From: Clostridiales bacterium
GTDB lineage: Bacteria > Bacillota > Clostridia > Christensenellales > CAG-138
Direction: 5' to 3'
NCBI GenBank assembly: GCA_024691085.1
Contig: JAILNX010000018.1
Coordinates: 28,591 to 92,590 of the forward strand
DNA: 64,000 nucleotides
Below the pieces are notes generated by a model. The model was given only the letters and a program-made list of their open reading frames with translations. It made no database searches and was not told where the DNA came from. Position 1 is the stretch's first letter; each line of letters opens with the position of its first letter. Both the position numbers and the translations under genes were made by a program. Of this stretch, positions 1-9,227 are shown one piece after another.

Positions 1-1199
1 GGCCTCAGCTTCTTGATAAAGCACACCGTGAGCCGTTTTCCGTAGCAGTCCCCGTCGAACCCCATGATATGCGTTTCGACGGTGAGCTTCTCCGCGTTGA
101 ACGTCGGATTCCTGCCGATGCTCGTTACTGCGGGATACGCCGTGCCATCGAGATATGCGGCGGTCGCGTAAACGCCCTCGGACGGAAGCTGCCTTTTATC
201 GTAGCCGGTCAGGTTCGCGGTCGGGAAGCCGAGCTTCCTGCCGATGCCGTTCTCCTTCTCCACCCTGCCCTCGATCTTCATTCCCTTGAGCTGGTGGGCC
301 TCGTCGCCGAGCCACACGGTAATGACGAGCTTCCCGTCCTTTACCTCGCCGAGTCCTAAAAACTCGCCGTCGAGATAGATCCTGTGCGGCTTTCCGGGGA
401 CGGCGTTATTCAGATCTATGCCCGCGCCGTGGATGAGAAGGTTCCTGTTTTTGGCGGAGAGGCCGCTGAGCCTAATCTCCGGTATAAACGGTATCGCCCT
501 GTCCATGGGGATAATCGCCTCGTCGAGCCTCCCCTGTTCCTTAAACTCCGCAATCTCGGATACGGAATACGAGTCCTCGAGCCTGAACGCGCCGGATCTC
601 GTTCTTAAGAGGAATCCCATATAAGCGGGGCAGCCGCATGCGGCGCCCAAGTCCTTGCAGAGCGTCCTTATGTACGTGCCCTTCGAGCAGACGATCCTTA
701 TGAGGAAGCGGTTTTCGCCCGTCTGCCTTATAAGCCCGAGCCCGTAGATCGTGACGGTGCGCTTCTTAGTTTCGGGAGTCTCGGTCAGTTTTCCCTTTCT
801 CGCGAGCTTATAGAGCTTTTCGCCGTTAACGTTGAGCGCGGAATAGACGGGAGGAGTCTGCTCGATCTCGCCCGTGAAAGCGGAAAACGCGGCTTCAAGC
901 TCTGCCGCGGATACCTTTTTATCGGACACGGCGGTGACTTCGCCCGTCGCGTCCTCGGTATCGGTGGCCTTGCCGAAGACTATCTCGGCAACGTATTCCT
1001 TTTGTTTGTCGACCAAAAAATCAAAAAGGCGGGTAGCGCGCCCGACAAGTATCGGGAGCACTCCTGCCGCGGCAGGATCGAGCGTGCCCGTATGTCCGAC
1101 ACGCTTTTCGTTCAAGACCCGTCTTATATCCGTGACCGCGTCGGAGGAGCTCATTCCCGGCGGTTTAAGCACGCATATAACGCCCTCTGTGCCCGTCAT
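1..1199 (-). CDS. truB: tRNA pseudouridine(55) synthase TruB fused in frame to a riboflavin kinase (RibF C-terminal type) domain; 3-prime end runs off the window
   Basis: Hand translation from ATG at 1199 (ATGA overlap with the nrnA stop) gives MTGTEGVICVLKPPGMSSSDAVTDIRRVLNEKRVGHTGTLDPAAAGVLPILVGRATRLFDF... (TruB HTGTLDP motif). It continues without a stop into ...GMKIEGRVEKENGIGRKLGFPTANL...SIGRNPTFNAEKLTVETHIMGFDGDCYGKRLTVCFIKKLR (riboflavin kinase motifs). Frame checked at positions 371 and 116, both in phase with 1199. Absent from the ORF track, consistent with no stop before position 1. Confidence 0.85.
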   Translation of the reverse strand, partial: MTGTEGVICVLKPPGMSSSDAVTDIRRVLNEKRVGHTGTLDPAAAGVLPILVGRATRLFDFLVDKQKEYVAEIVFGKATDTEDATGEVTAVSDKKVSAAELEAAFSAFTGEIEQTPPVYSALNVNGEKLYKLARKGKLTETPETKKRTVTIYGLGLIRQTGENRFLIRIVCSKGTYIRTLCKDLGAACGCPAYMGFLLRTRSGAFRLEDSYSVSEIAEFKEQGRLDEAIIPMDRAIPFIPEIRLSGLSAKNRNLLIHGAGIDLNNAVPGKPHRIYLDGEFLGLGEVKDGKLVITVWLGDEAHQLKGMKIEGRVEKENGIGRKLGFPTANLTGYDKRQLPSEGVYATAAYLDGTAYPAVTSIGRNPTFNAEKLTVETHIMGFDGDCYGKRLTVCFIKKLR

Positions 1200-2167
1200 T
1201 TCAAAAGCTCTTCCTCCGCGTCGCGCAGTACGTTCGCAATTGTAGTTGAAAGGGGATCGTGCGAGGTATAGCCCGCAGCCGCGGGATGTCCTCCTCCGCC
1301 GTACTTGTTGGCGATCTTCGCAACGTCGGCGCACTCCTTGGAGCGGAGGCTGACCTTGAACGTGCCGTCCCTGCCCTCTCTTATGAACACAGCGACTCGC
1401 ACGCTGTCAACGTCGCGCACCTTGTCAACGATGCCCTCGCAGTCCTCGTTCGTCGCTCCGAATCCTTCCATCTCGGCGACGGTAAGCGTGGCGACGCCGA
1501 TCTTTCCGTCATGCTCGAGCTTCATATTGGAAAGCACGAAGCCCTGGAGCCTTGTTTTGGAGTACGGCACGGTCCTGTAGATATACCTGTTGATCTCGGT
1601 GATATTCAGTCCGTTTTCATACATATCCGCGACCATTCTGATGCATTTCGGGGTGGTGTTGGAGTACGTTAAGTTGCCCGTGTCGGTAACGATGCCCGTA
1701 TAGAGGCATACCGCCGCGTCCCCCGCGATCGGCTTGTCCATGAACCTGTAAAGGTCGTAGATGATCTCGCAGGCTGCGGCGGCGTCCGGAACGATAAGAT
1801 TCACGTCGGCGTAGCCCCTGTTGGTGAAGTGATGGTCGATCAGCATGGTATGCTTCGCCGTGCGGAACAGGCGCTCCGTTTTTCTGAACCTCTGTATGTC
1901 GGCGCAGTCGCAGGTGATAACGCAGTCATAGCCCTTCGCGTCGTCCGGAAGAACTACCCTGTCGGCGCACGGAAGGAAGGAATAGATGCGCGGGACCGGC
2001 TCGTCGCAGACGACCTCGGCCTTCTTGCCCATGCCCGTGATAAGAAGGTACATGGCAAGAGCCGACCCGAGGGTGTCGCCGTCGGGAGAGACGTGGGTTA
2101 TGAGGGTGAAGGCATCGAACTTTTCGATGCCCTCTATGATCGCTTTTACAGAAGCGGGATCACTCAT
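1196..2167 (-). CDS. nrnA: DHH/DHHA1 family phosphoesterase (NrnA-like oligoribonuclease / pAp phosphatase)
   Basis: 323 aa ORF with DHH motif (LIDHHFTN) and DHHA1 GGGH motif (KYGGGGHPAAAG). Lies between rbfA and truB as in other Firmicutes. Confidence 0.85.
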   Translation of the reverse strand: MSDPASVKAIIEGIEKFDAFTLITHVSPDGDTLGSALAMYLLITGMGKKAEVVCDEPVPRIYSFLPCADRVVLPDDAKGYDCVITCDCADIQRFRKTERLFRTAKHTMLIDHHFTNRGYADVNLIVPDAAAACEIIYDLYRFMDKPIAGDAAVCLYTGIVTDTGNLTYSNTTPKCIRMVADMYENGLNITEINRYIYRTVPYSKTRLQGFVLSNMKLEHDGKIGVATLTVAEMEGFGATNEDCEGIVDKVRDVDSVRVAVFIREGRDGTFKVSLRSKECADVAKIANKYGGGGHPAAAGYTSHDPLSTTIANVLRDAEEELLK

Positions 2168-2528
2168 TATCGTTTTCCTTTCGTTCCGAACCGAGCTTGT
2201 TCAGTATCTCGGAAATATGCACTGAATACTCGATGGAGTCGTCGAGCCTGAACTCGAAGGTGGGGATATGCCGAAGATCCATACGCCTGCCGATCTCGCG
2301 GGCGATGAAGCCCTCGGCGCGGTTGAGCTGACGCACGGTCTCCTTCCTCGCCTCGTCGTCCTTGTCGTAGACGCTGATCATGACCCTGCACTGCTTAAGG
2401 TCGTTCGTCGCCTCTGCTCGCATGACCGAGGTGAGCGGAGAAATGCGGGGATCCTTCATCTCCCTTATTATCTCGCTCAGCGCCTTCTTGATCTCCTCGT
2501 TTATCCTGTCAAACCTGGTAAAACCCAT
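2160..2528 (-). CDS. rbfA: ribosome-binding factor A
   Basis: 122 aa ORF, RINEEIKKALSEII...DPRIS..TSV typical of RbfA; immediately downstream of infB. Confidence 0.9.
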   Translation of the reverse strand: MGFTRFDRINEEIKKALSEIIREMKDPRISPLTSVMRAEATNDLKQCRVMISVYDKDDEARKETVRQLNRAEGFIAREIGRRMDLRHIPTFEFRLDDSIEYSVHISEILNKLGSERKENDNE

Positions 2529-2529
2529 T

Positions 2530-5106
2530 TTATCTCTTTACCTCTTCCATAATGAAGGCTTCGATCGTGTCGCCCTCCCTTATGTCGTTGAAGTTCTCTA
2601 TGCCGATACCGCACTCATAGCCCTGCGCGACTTCCTTGACGTCGTCCTTGAAGCGGCGGAGAGAAGCGATCTTGCCCTCGTGGATGACTATGCCGTCGCG
2701 GACTACGCGGACCTCGGCGTTCCTCTGCACCTTGCCGTCGGACACGTACGCGCCCGCGATGGTGCCTACGCCGGAAACCTTGAAGGTGTTCCTGACGCTT
2801 ATTGTGCCGATAACGACCTCTTTATATACGGGCTTGAACATGCCCTTCATGGCGTTCTCGACGTCCTCGATCGCCTGATAGATGACGCGGTAGGTCTTGA
2901 TGTCGACCTTTTCCTGCTCGGCGAGCGTCTTCGCACCGGAATCCGGACGGACGTTGAAGCCGATGACGACCGCGTTCGAAGCGGACGCGAACATGATGTC
3001 GGAAGCGGTGATCGCGCCGACTGCGCCGTGTATGCACTTTACGCGGACTTCCTCGTTCGAGAGCTTCTCAAGCGCCTGCTTGACCGCCTCAACGGAGCCG
3101 TCGACGTCTGCCTTGATGACGAGATTGAGATCCTTGACCTCGCCCTCGGCGATATGGCTGTAAAGATCCTCGAGGCTGACCTTCGAGAGCTTCTTCATCT
3201 GCTCGGCGCGGATCTTGTTGCGGCGCTCCTCGGCAACGAGCTTGGAGAGCTTATCGAGATCTGCAACGATCATCTCGTCGCCCGCGGAGGGAACTTCATT
3301 GAAGCCGAGTACCTCGACAGCGGTGCTGGGGCCCGCCTCCTTGACGCGCTTGCCCTTATCGTCCATCATCGCCCTGACCTTACCGAAGGCAACGCCCGCG
3401 ACTACGGGATCGCCCACGCGGAGCGTGCCGTTCTGCACGAGAACGGTCGCGACGGGGCCGCGGCCCTTGTCGAGCTGGGACTCGATGATCGTGCCCTTCG
3501 CCTTGCGGTTGGGGTTCGCACGGAGCTCGAGCACCTCCGCCTGGAGCAGTACCATCTCAAGAAGCTGATTTAAGTTCTTGTGCGTCTTCGCGGAAACGGG
3601 GACGCAGATGGTGTCGCCGCCCCAATCCTCACAGAGCAGACCGTGCTCGGTGAGCTGCTGGAGGACGCGGTCGGGATTAGCCTCGGGCTTATCCATCTTG
3701 TTGATGGCTACGACGATGGGAACGCCGGCGGCCTTCGAGTGGTTGATCGCCTCGACGGTCTGGGGCATAATGCCGTCGTCCGCCGCGACTACGAGGATGA
3801 CAACGTCGGTGACCTGAGCGCCCCTCGCGCGCATGGCGGTGAACGCCTCGTGACCCGGGGTGTCGATGAAGGTGATCTTCCTGCCGTTGCAGGTGACGGT
3901 ATAAGCGCCGATGTGCTGGGTTATGCCGCCTGCCTCGCCGGCGGTGACGGAGCTGTTCCTGATGGCGTCGAGAAGTGACGTCTTGCCGTGGTCGACGTGG
4001 CCCATGATGGTGACGACGGGCGGACGCTCGACGAGGTCCTCTTCGCTGTCGTTGGCGTTGATGGAATCCTCGAGGACTTCCTCCGCGGTCTTGGGGAGCT
4101 GGAGCTCGAGCTCGATATCGTAATCGGCCGCGATGAGCTCGCAGGTCTCGAAGTCTATCTCGTTGTTGATGGTCGCGATATTGCCCATCATGAAGAGCTT
4201 CTTGATGATCTCAGCGGCGGGCTTGCCGATCTTTTCGGAAAGCTCGCGGACGGTGATGACCTCGGAGGTCAGTATCGCCTTCTCGATCTTCACGGGCTCG
4301 GGCTTATGCTGGACCTGCTGTTTTTTATTTTTCTTGCGATTGCCGAAGCCGCCCTCGTCGTCCCAGGAATTGACCGAAGGAGCCGCCTCCTTCATCATGG
4401 TCTTCTTGTTCTTCGGCTGCTTCTTGTCGTTGTCGAATGTGCGGACGTACTGTCCCTTGTTCTCGTGCTGACGGCCGTTCTGCGGAATGACGACCGGAGC
4501 CTGACCGCCGGAGCGGCTCTTGCCGGACTGCTGACCTGCGGGCTTCCTTTCGCCGTTCCTCGGCCTCTCGGGAGCGTCCTTGCCTGCGCCGCGGGAATCG
4601 TCCTTCTGCCTGTCGCCGTACTGACCGGGACGCTTATCCTGCTGCGGTCTTCCCTGCCTGTCTCCCTGCCTGTCGTTCTTCTTCTCAGGCTGCCTGCGCG
4701 CGTCGTAAGCGGGGGCCTTTTCGCCCTGCTTTACTTCTTCGGCGGGCTTCTTCTCGGGCTCCTGCTTCTCGGGCACATGCTCGGGTTCGGTCTTCGCGGC
4801 TTCCTTGATCGCGTTCTCGGGAACGCTCTCCTTCACCGGGGGTTCGGTCTCGTCCGGGCTCGACGAATAAACGCCGGTGTTCTGATCCGACGCGAGGAAC
4901 TCCTTCCTGCGTTCTTTCTTTTCGCGCTCGGCCTTCGCCTCGGCGGCTGCCCTCTCGGCGTCCAGAAGCTTTGATTCCTGCTTTTTGGCCTGCTGAAGAG
5001 AAGCGCTGACGTCGCCGTGGAGCTGCTTTATCCTTTCAAGGAGCTCCGCCGCCTTGGTCTCGAGCTTTTTTGCGGAATCCATCAATTCGTTTTTTGCCAT
5101 TATCAT
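2530..5106 (-). CDS. infB: translation initiation factor IF-2
   Basis: 858 aa ORF with a low-complexity K/E/R/Q/P-rich N-terminus, then a GTPase domain ([23 protein letters not shown]). The true start may be the third-codon ATG at 5100, which has better spacing from the GGGGGT Shine-Dalgarno. Confidence 0.97.
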   Translation of the reverse strand: MIMAKNELMDSAKKLETKAAELLERIKQLHGDVSASLQQAKKQESKLLDAERAAAEAKAEREKKERRKEFLASDQNTGVYSSSPDETEPPVKESVPENAIKEAAKTEPEHVPEKQEPEKKPAEEVKQGEKAPAYDARRQPEKKNDRQGDRQGRPQQDKRPGQYGDRQKDDSRGAGKDAPERPRNGERKPAGQQSGKSRSGGQAPVVIPQNGRQHENKGQYVRTFDNDKKQPKNKKTMMKEAAPSVNSWDDEGGFGNRKKNKKQQVQHKPEPVKIEKAILTSEVITVRELSEKIGKPAAEIIKKLFMMGNIATINNEIDFETCELIAADYDIELELQLPKTAEEVLEDSINANDSEEDLVERPPVVTIMGHVDHGKTSLLDAIRNSSVTAGEAGGITQHIGAYTVTCNGRKITFIDTPGHEAFTAMRARGAQVTDVVILVVAADDGIMPQTVEAINHSKAAGVPIVVAINKMDKPEANPDRVLQQLTEHGLLCEDWGGDTICVPVSAKTHKNLNQLLEMVLLQAEVLELRANPNRKAKGTIIESQLDKGRGPVATVLVQNGTLRVGDPVVAGVAFGKVRAMMDDKGKRVKEAGPSTAVEVLGFNEVPSAGDEMIVADLDKLSKLVAEERRNKIRAEQMKKLSKVSLEDLYSHIAEGEVKDLNLVIKADVDGSVEAVKQALEKLSNEEVRVKCIHGAVGAITASDIMFASASNAVVIGFNVRPDSGAKTLAEQEKVDIKTYRVIYQAIEDVENAMKGMFKPVYKEVVIGTISVRNTFKVSGVGTIAGAYVSDGKVQRNAEVRVVRDGIVIHEGKIASLRRFKDDVKEVAQGYECGIGIENFNDIREGDTIEAFIMEEVKR

Positions 5107-5116
5107 TACCCCCGAA

Positions 5117-5431
5117 TTACTCTTCGTTATTGCTGCGGCTTAACAATATCATTCCGGCAAAGCCGCTGTCCGTTACGCAGGCGATCATATGGGCGTCCCT
5201 GCCTATCGCCCTGCCGACTTCGTCCGCGAAAACGAGCGGTACGCCGGCTGTATCCGTTATATCCTTCCAATGCTTCTTTGCGTTGTCGGAAGCCTTTCTG
5301 TCGATCACGGCGAGCTTCGCGCGTCCGGCTTTCAGAGCCTTTTCCGCGGCGAACTCTCCCGAGGCGACCTTGCCCGCCTTCTGCGCGAAGCCGAGAGCCG
5401 AAAGGAGCTTTTTTTCGTTAATCTCCGTCAT
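5117..5431 (-). CDS. ylxQ: L7Ae-family RNA-binding protein (YlxQ-like)
   Basis: 104 aa [17 protein letters not shown]...[15 protein letters not shown] pattern as in B. subtilis YlxQ; conserved position between ylxR and infB. Confidence 0.8.
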   Translation of the reverse strand: MTEINEKKLLSALGFAQKAGKVASGEFAAEKALKAGRAKLAVIDRKASDNAKKHWKDITDTAGVPLVFADEVGRAIGRDAHMIACVTDSGFAGMILLSRSNNEE

Positions 5432-5703
5432 GCTTCGCCTTCACGCCCTTCGATCTCGACCCTGAGCCTTTCAAAAACCTCTTCGCCGACCTTGATCTCG
5501 AGCGCACGCTCGAGCGCGCGGCTTTTGACGGCCTTCCTGAGGCATTCGGGATCGGGGCACAGATAAGCGCCTCTGCCGTTCATCTTACCGGTGGGATCGA
5601 AGCGGCAGGAGCCGTCCTCCGTCCTCACGATCCTGATGAGCGACCGTTTTTCCTTCATCGTGCGGCATCCGACGCACATTCTCATCGGTATCTTTTTAGC
5701 CAA
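5428..5703 (-). CDS. ylxR: YlxR/RnpM family (DUF448) RNA-binding protein
   Basis: 91 aa ORF, RMCVGCR...GRGAYLC motif; directly downstream of nusA. Confidence 0.85.
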   Translation of the reverse strand: MAKKIPMRMCVGCRTMKEKRSLIRIVRTEDGSCRFDPTGKMNGRGAYLCPDPECLRKAVKSRALERALEIKVGEEVFERLRVEIEGREGEA

Positions 5704-5716
5704 TTACTAGACCTCT

Positions 5717-6814
5717 TTACTCGTTGTCGGGCTGTTCCTCTTCATCTTCTAGCTCGAAATCCGATCCGTCGAGCTCTTCGTCGGAGGTGGACTTGGACTT
5801 GATGTCGATCTTCCAGCCGGTGAGCTTGGCGGCGAGCCTTGCGTTCTGTCCCTCCTTGCCGATCGCAAGGGAAAGCTGATTGTCGGGAACGATGACCTTG
5901 GCGGCCTTCTCGTCCTCGTTGACGTAGACCATGAGCACCCTCGACGGGCTCAGAGCCTTCGCGATATAGACGGCGATATCGGGATCCCACTCGATGATGT
6001 CGATCTTCTCGTTGTGGATCTCCTGCACGATTCGCTCGACCCTTATGCCCTTGGGACCGACGCAGGCGCCGACGGCGTCGACGTTGGGATCGAACGAAAC
6101 GACGGCTATCTTCGTCCTCTGACCTGCCTCACGGGCGATCGCCTTGATCTGTACGACGCCGGACTGGATCTCGGGGACCTCAAGCTCGAAGAGCTTCTTG
6201 ACGAGATTGGGATGCGTCCTCGAAATGAGCACCTGCGGCGCCTTGTTGTTGCGCTGAGTCTTTAAAACGTAGGCCTTGATCCTGTCGCCGGGAGCGTAGG
6301 TCTCGCCCTGGATGACCTCGTTATAGGGAATGATGCCGTCGGTCTTGCCGAACTCGACGAATACGCCGTTCTTCTCGACGCGCTGAACGATGGCGGTAAG
6401 GATCTCGCCTTCCTTCTCGGCGAACTCGTCGAATATGGCGCCCTGCTCGGCCTCCCTGATCCTCTGGATGATGACCTGCTTCGCGGTTTGCGCGGCGATG
6501 CGGCCGAAATCCTTCGTGAACGCCTCTACCTCGAGGACGTCGCCGACCTCGTAGAGGGGATTTATCTTCTTCGCTTCTGAGAGAATTATCTCGGAATTGG
6601 GGTTCTCGATTTTATCAACGACCGTCTTGGATGCGAAAATGCCTATCGCGCCGGTGGCGGGATCGATCGAGGCGCGGACGTTGGTGGTGACGTTATAATT
6701 GCGCTTGTACGCAGAAACAAGGGCGGCCTCGACGGCGTCGATGAGCACCTCGCTCTTGATGCCGCGTTCCTTTTCGATCTGTTTCATTGCAAGTATAAGC
6801 TCGTTGGAATTCAT
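5717..6814 (-). CDS. nusA: transcription termination/antitermination factor NusA
   Basis: 365 aa ORF with the NusA N-terminal domain, S1 and two KH domains (Gxx[22 protein letters not shown]). Confidence 0.95.
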   Translation of the reverse strand: MNSNELILAMKQIEKERGIKSEVLIDAVEAALVSAYKRNYNVTTNVRASIDPATGAIGIFASKTVVDKIENPNSEIILSEAKKINPLYEVGDVLEVEAFTKDFGRIAAQTAKQVIIQRIREAEQGAIFDEFAEKEGEILTAIVQRVEKNGVFVEFGKTDGIIPYNEVIQGETYAPGDRIKAYVLKTQRNNKAPQVLISRTHPNLVKKLFELEVPEIQSGVVQIKAIAREAGQRTKIAVVSFDPNVDAVGACVGPKGIRVERIVQEIHNEKIDIIEWDPDIAVYIAKALSPSRVLMVYVNEDEKAAKVIVPDNQLSLAIGKEGQNARLAAKLTGWKIDIKSKSTSDEELDGSDFELEDEEEQPDNE

Positions 6815-6839
6815 TTTATTTCGCTCCTTACTAATAGTT

Positions 6840-7352
6840 TTAAAAGTCGATATGCGGCCTTAACAGCGCCGCCTGTTTGATCGGTATCGTGACGTTTCCG
6901 TCAGCAGTTAAAACCGTGAACGTCCCGTCGTCGAACGAGATGAGCTCAGCTGAGAAGTTCTTCTTCCCCGCAAAGGGCTTATCCTTCATGGGTGAGAACA
7001 GCTTGACGTCGATGAGCTTGCCGAGGTTGCGCTCGAAGTCCTTTTTGAGCTTGAGCGGGCGGTCGATGCCGACAGAGCTTACCGTAAGAAGATATGCCTG
7101 CTCGATCGGATCTGCCTCATCGAGGATCGGCTCTATCGCGCGGCTGACCGCTTCGCAGTCGTCAAGGCTGACGCCCTCCGGCCTGTCGATCGAGATGAGC
7201 AGCTCCCAGCTGCCGTATTCCTTATTGAACTCGACGTCATAGAGCTCAAACCCGAGCTCGTTGATCTTCGGCTCCACGATGCCGGCGACCTTTTCGGTTA
7301 TCTTCAAATCCTTTTCCGTCCTTTTCAAAATTAAAGAGCGGGTTTCGCCCAC
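6840..7352 (-). CDS. rimP: ribosome maturation factor RimP
   Basis: 170 aa ORF (GTG start as tracked) with LGFELYDVEF motif; upstream of nusA. Exact start codon uncertain. Confidence 0.88.
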   Translation of the reverse strand: MGETRSLILKRTEKDLKITEKVAGIVEPKINELGFELYDVEFNKEYGSWELLISIDRPEGVSLDDCEAVSRAIEPILDEADPIEQAYLLTVSSVGIDRPLKLKKDFERNLGKLIDVKLFSPMKDKPFAGKKNFSAELISFDDGTFTVLTADGNVTIPIKQAALLRPHIDF

Positions 7353-7443
7353 TCTTCACCGAAAGCCCGAAGGCTCATCATCACGTCACACACGGGATCG
7401 GGTAATTGCCCATCCCGGAACAGCATACAGATTTTAACACACA

Positions 7444-7473
7444 ATTATACTGTTTGCAATAGTTTTTTGTTAA
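7444..7473 (-). promoter_or_regulatory. candidate sigma-A promoter of the rimP-nusA-infB operon
   Basis: On the minus strand: TTAACA (7473-7468), 18 nt spacer, TATAAT (7449-7444). The predicted roughly 90 nt leader contains a hairpin at 7393-7417 (CGGGAT..ATCCCG). Confidence 0.35.
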
Positions 7474-7654
7474 AATTATTCTCTTTATCACAAATTCGGC
7501 GGACAGACGCCAAATTATTACAAAGTCAGTCAAATAGTCAAAAAGGCTCCTATGGAAATGCGGAATTTGCGGTATTACAATTTTCTATGCGGACAGGCAT
7601 CATTCTGTTAAATGCCGTCGATAATAAAAACAAACTGTACGGAGGATCAATTAT

Positions 7655-8482
7655 ATGAGCGAATACAGGGTACTGATAGCGGACGGGAACGCGTCGTTCA
7701 GACGCGCGGTGTCGGATTTCTTTCACACCGACAAGGATATCATAAGATTTGTCGAAGCCGCCGACGGGCAGGAGGCGCTTGAAAAGCTCCGCGAGGAGCA
7801 CTTCGACGTGCTTATCTCCGAGCTGGTCATGCCCAAGCTCGACGGACTCGATCTTCTCGAAGCGCTTAACAACGAGCCCTCGTCGAAGCCGGACGTCGTC
7901 ATGATCGTTTCCTATATGCGGAACGACGGGCTCTTACAGAAGGCGTTCAAGAAGGGCGCGACGTACGTAATGCTTAAACCCATCGAGCCGGAATACCTCT
8001 ATAAAAGGATGCTCGATCTTTGCGAAAGCACCGCAGAGGACGCCGAGAAGAACGCCGCCTTTTCACCGACGGCAAAGACGCTGGATGAAAAGATCACCGC
8101 CGTGTTTCTCTCCGTCGGCATCCCCGCGCACATAAAGGGCTATCATTATTTAAGGGAAGCGATAAGAATGGTGTTCTACAAGCCCGAGCTCATCAGTCAC
8201 ATTACGAAGGAGCTCTACCCCGGCATCGCGAAAAGGTTCAACACCTCGCCCTCGAAGGTCGAGCGCGCGATACGCCACGCGATAGAGGTGAGTTGGACAC
8301 GCGGAAAGATCGAAAACGTGAACAAGCTGTTCGGCTTCAACGTCTACGGCAAGAACGAAAAACCGACGAACGGCGAGTTCATCGCGCTCGTCGCGGACAA
8401 GCTTATCATCGAGGACGGGCGCGCCGCGCTCACTCCGTTCTCGGAGCCTCAGCAGGGCGGCGTATCCCTGAGGCGCGCCTGA
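7655..8482 (+). CDS. spo0A: sporulation master regulator Spo0A, with a non-canonical receiver domain
   Basis: 275 aa ORF, GGAGG Shine-Dalgarno 8 nt upstream. The C-terminal domain is unmistakably Spo0A_C ([16 protein letters not shown]...[31 protein letters not shown]...[15 protein letters not shown]). The N-terminal receiver aligns to B. subtilis Spo0A residue for residue, but has D10-G11 and E56. Confidence 0.9.
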   Translation: MSEYRVLIADGNASFRRAVSDFFHTDKDIIRFVEAADGQEALEKLREEHFDVLISELVMPKLDGLDLLEALNNEPSSKPDVVMIVSYMRNDGLLQKAFKKGATYVMLKPIEPEYLYKRMLDLCESTAEDAEKNAAFSPTAKTLDEKITAVFLSVGIPAHIKGYHYLREAIRMVFYKPELISHITKELYPGIAKRFNTSPSKVERAIRHAIEVSWTRGKIENVNKLFGFNVYGKNEKPTNGEFIALVADKLIIEDGRAALTPFSEPQQGGVSLRRA

Positions 8483-8538
8483 AAGCCGTATCACTGGTAA
8501 TTTGGCGGGAACAAATTTAAAGCATTTTTCACAATTAA

Positions 8539-8578
8539 GGACGGGTACTGAAAGAACATAACGGGCCCGTCCTTTTTG
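8539..8578 (+). terminator. intrinsic terminator after spo0A
   Basis: Stem GGACGGG (8539-8545) pairs with CCCGTCC (8566-8572), followed by TTTTT (8573-8577). Confidence 0.55.
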
Positions 8579-8648
8579 TTCTGTAAATGATCGAAAAGCG
8601 CTGTAAAAGATTTTCGTTCGTATATTTTGCGCACTGTAGAGCAGCGAG

Positions 8649-8782
8649 TTTTCCACATGCGCTTTTAACAACCAAAATCGTGAAAAGCCCTTGAAAAGTG
8701 GATAACTATGTGGAAACTGTGGAAAACTCCTTGTTTAGGGCGTCGTTTTGAATCGAATCTATGTTTGAAACCGTGTGGTAAA
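8649..8782. promoter_or_regulatory. cluster of five DnaA-box-like 9-mers (also near-matches to the Spo0A 0A box)
   Basis: TTTTCCACA 8649-8657; AGTGGATAA 8697-8705; TGTGGAAAC 8709-8717; TGTGGAAAA 8718-8726; TGTGGTAAA 8774-8782. Each has 1-2 mismatches to TTATCCACA/TGTGGATAA. All lie in an AT-rich non-coding spacer. Confidence 0.45.
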
Positions 8783-8967
8783 AAATTACAAGAAAAAGTT
8801 TCCAGCGTTTCGGAAGTCTTTGGGAAACGGCTCTTCGCGGCGAAAAACCTTTTGCGCACGATAACATTTATTGACAGATCGGGACCGGAATAATGCGCGG
8901 GTTTCCTGTAAAGGCTATTCATATATGCCCGGAATCATCAAAGGGGTGTGAAAGGAGAGATTCTTAA

Positions 8968-9186
8968 ATGGATACACTTGCGCTGATACTGATAGTGATC
9001 GGAGCTCTAAACTGGGGGCTTGTGGGGATATTCCAGTTCGATCTCGTCGCCGCGATATTCGGCGGGATGAGCGGAGTATTCTCGAGGATCATCTATACCA
9101 TCGTCGGCCTTGCCGGGATCTGGGGGATCACCATGCTTTTCCGCAGGCGCAACCGTGCCGGGATCATGAGCGAGAAAGACGATTGA
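8968..9186 (+). CDS. DUF378 family small membrane protein
   Basis: 72 aa ORF, IGALNWGLVGIFQFDLVAAIFGG signature; AAAGGAGAG Shine-Dalgarno upstream. Confidence 0.8.
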   Translation: MDTLALILIVIGALNWGLVGIFQFDLVAAIFGGMSGVFSRIIYTIVGLAGIWGITMLFRRRNRAGIMSEKDD

Positions 9187-9191
9187 CGGAC

Positions 9192-9227
9192 AAAAAACAA
9201 GAGGCTTCGCAGCCTCTTGTTTTTTTT
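9192..9227. terminator. bidirectional intrinsic terminator between the DUF378 gene and pepT
   Basis: AAAAAA, then CAAGAGGCT-tcgc-AGCCTCTTG (9198-9219), then TTTTTTTT. Confidence 0.75.

Noticed and set aside
7540-7570. Sigma-H-like promoter (AAAGGCTCC ... GAAT) and a repeated GCGGACAG motif (7497-7511 and 7587-7601) upstream of spo0A.
   Set aside because: The distance from AGG to GAAT is about 19 nt, versus about 21-22 expected from the B. subtilis sigma-H consensus, and the -35 is a poor match. Two copies of an 8-mer are not enough to call an operator. Not reported as features.
8665-8922. Tracked ORFs 8665-8922 (minus) and 8708-8893 (plus) in the spo0A-downstream spacer, considered as possible Sda-like small proteins.
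   Set aside because: They have no Shine-Dalgarno, an AT-rich non-coding composition unlike the surrounding genes, and implausible translations. They overlap each other and the DnaA-box motifs.
8580-8967. Possibility that the DnaA-box cluster is the chromosomal origin oriC.
   Set aside because: There is no dnaA, dnaN or rpmH nearby and no switch of gene orientation around it (genes on both sides are mixed). Only about 5 imperfect boxes are present, and I could identify no clear AT-rich unwinding repeats. Treated instead as a secondary DnaA/Spo0A-box cluster.
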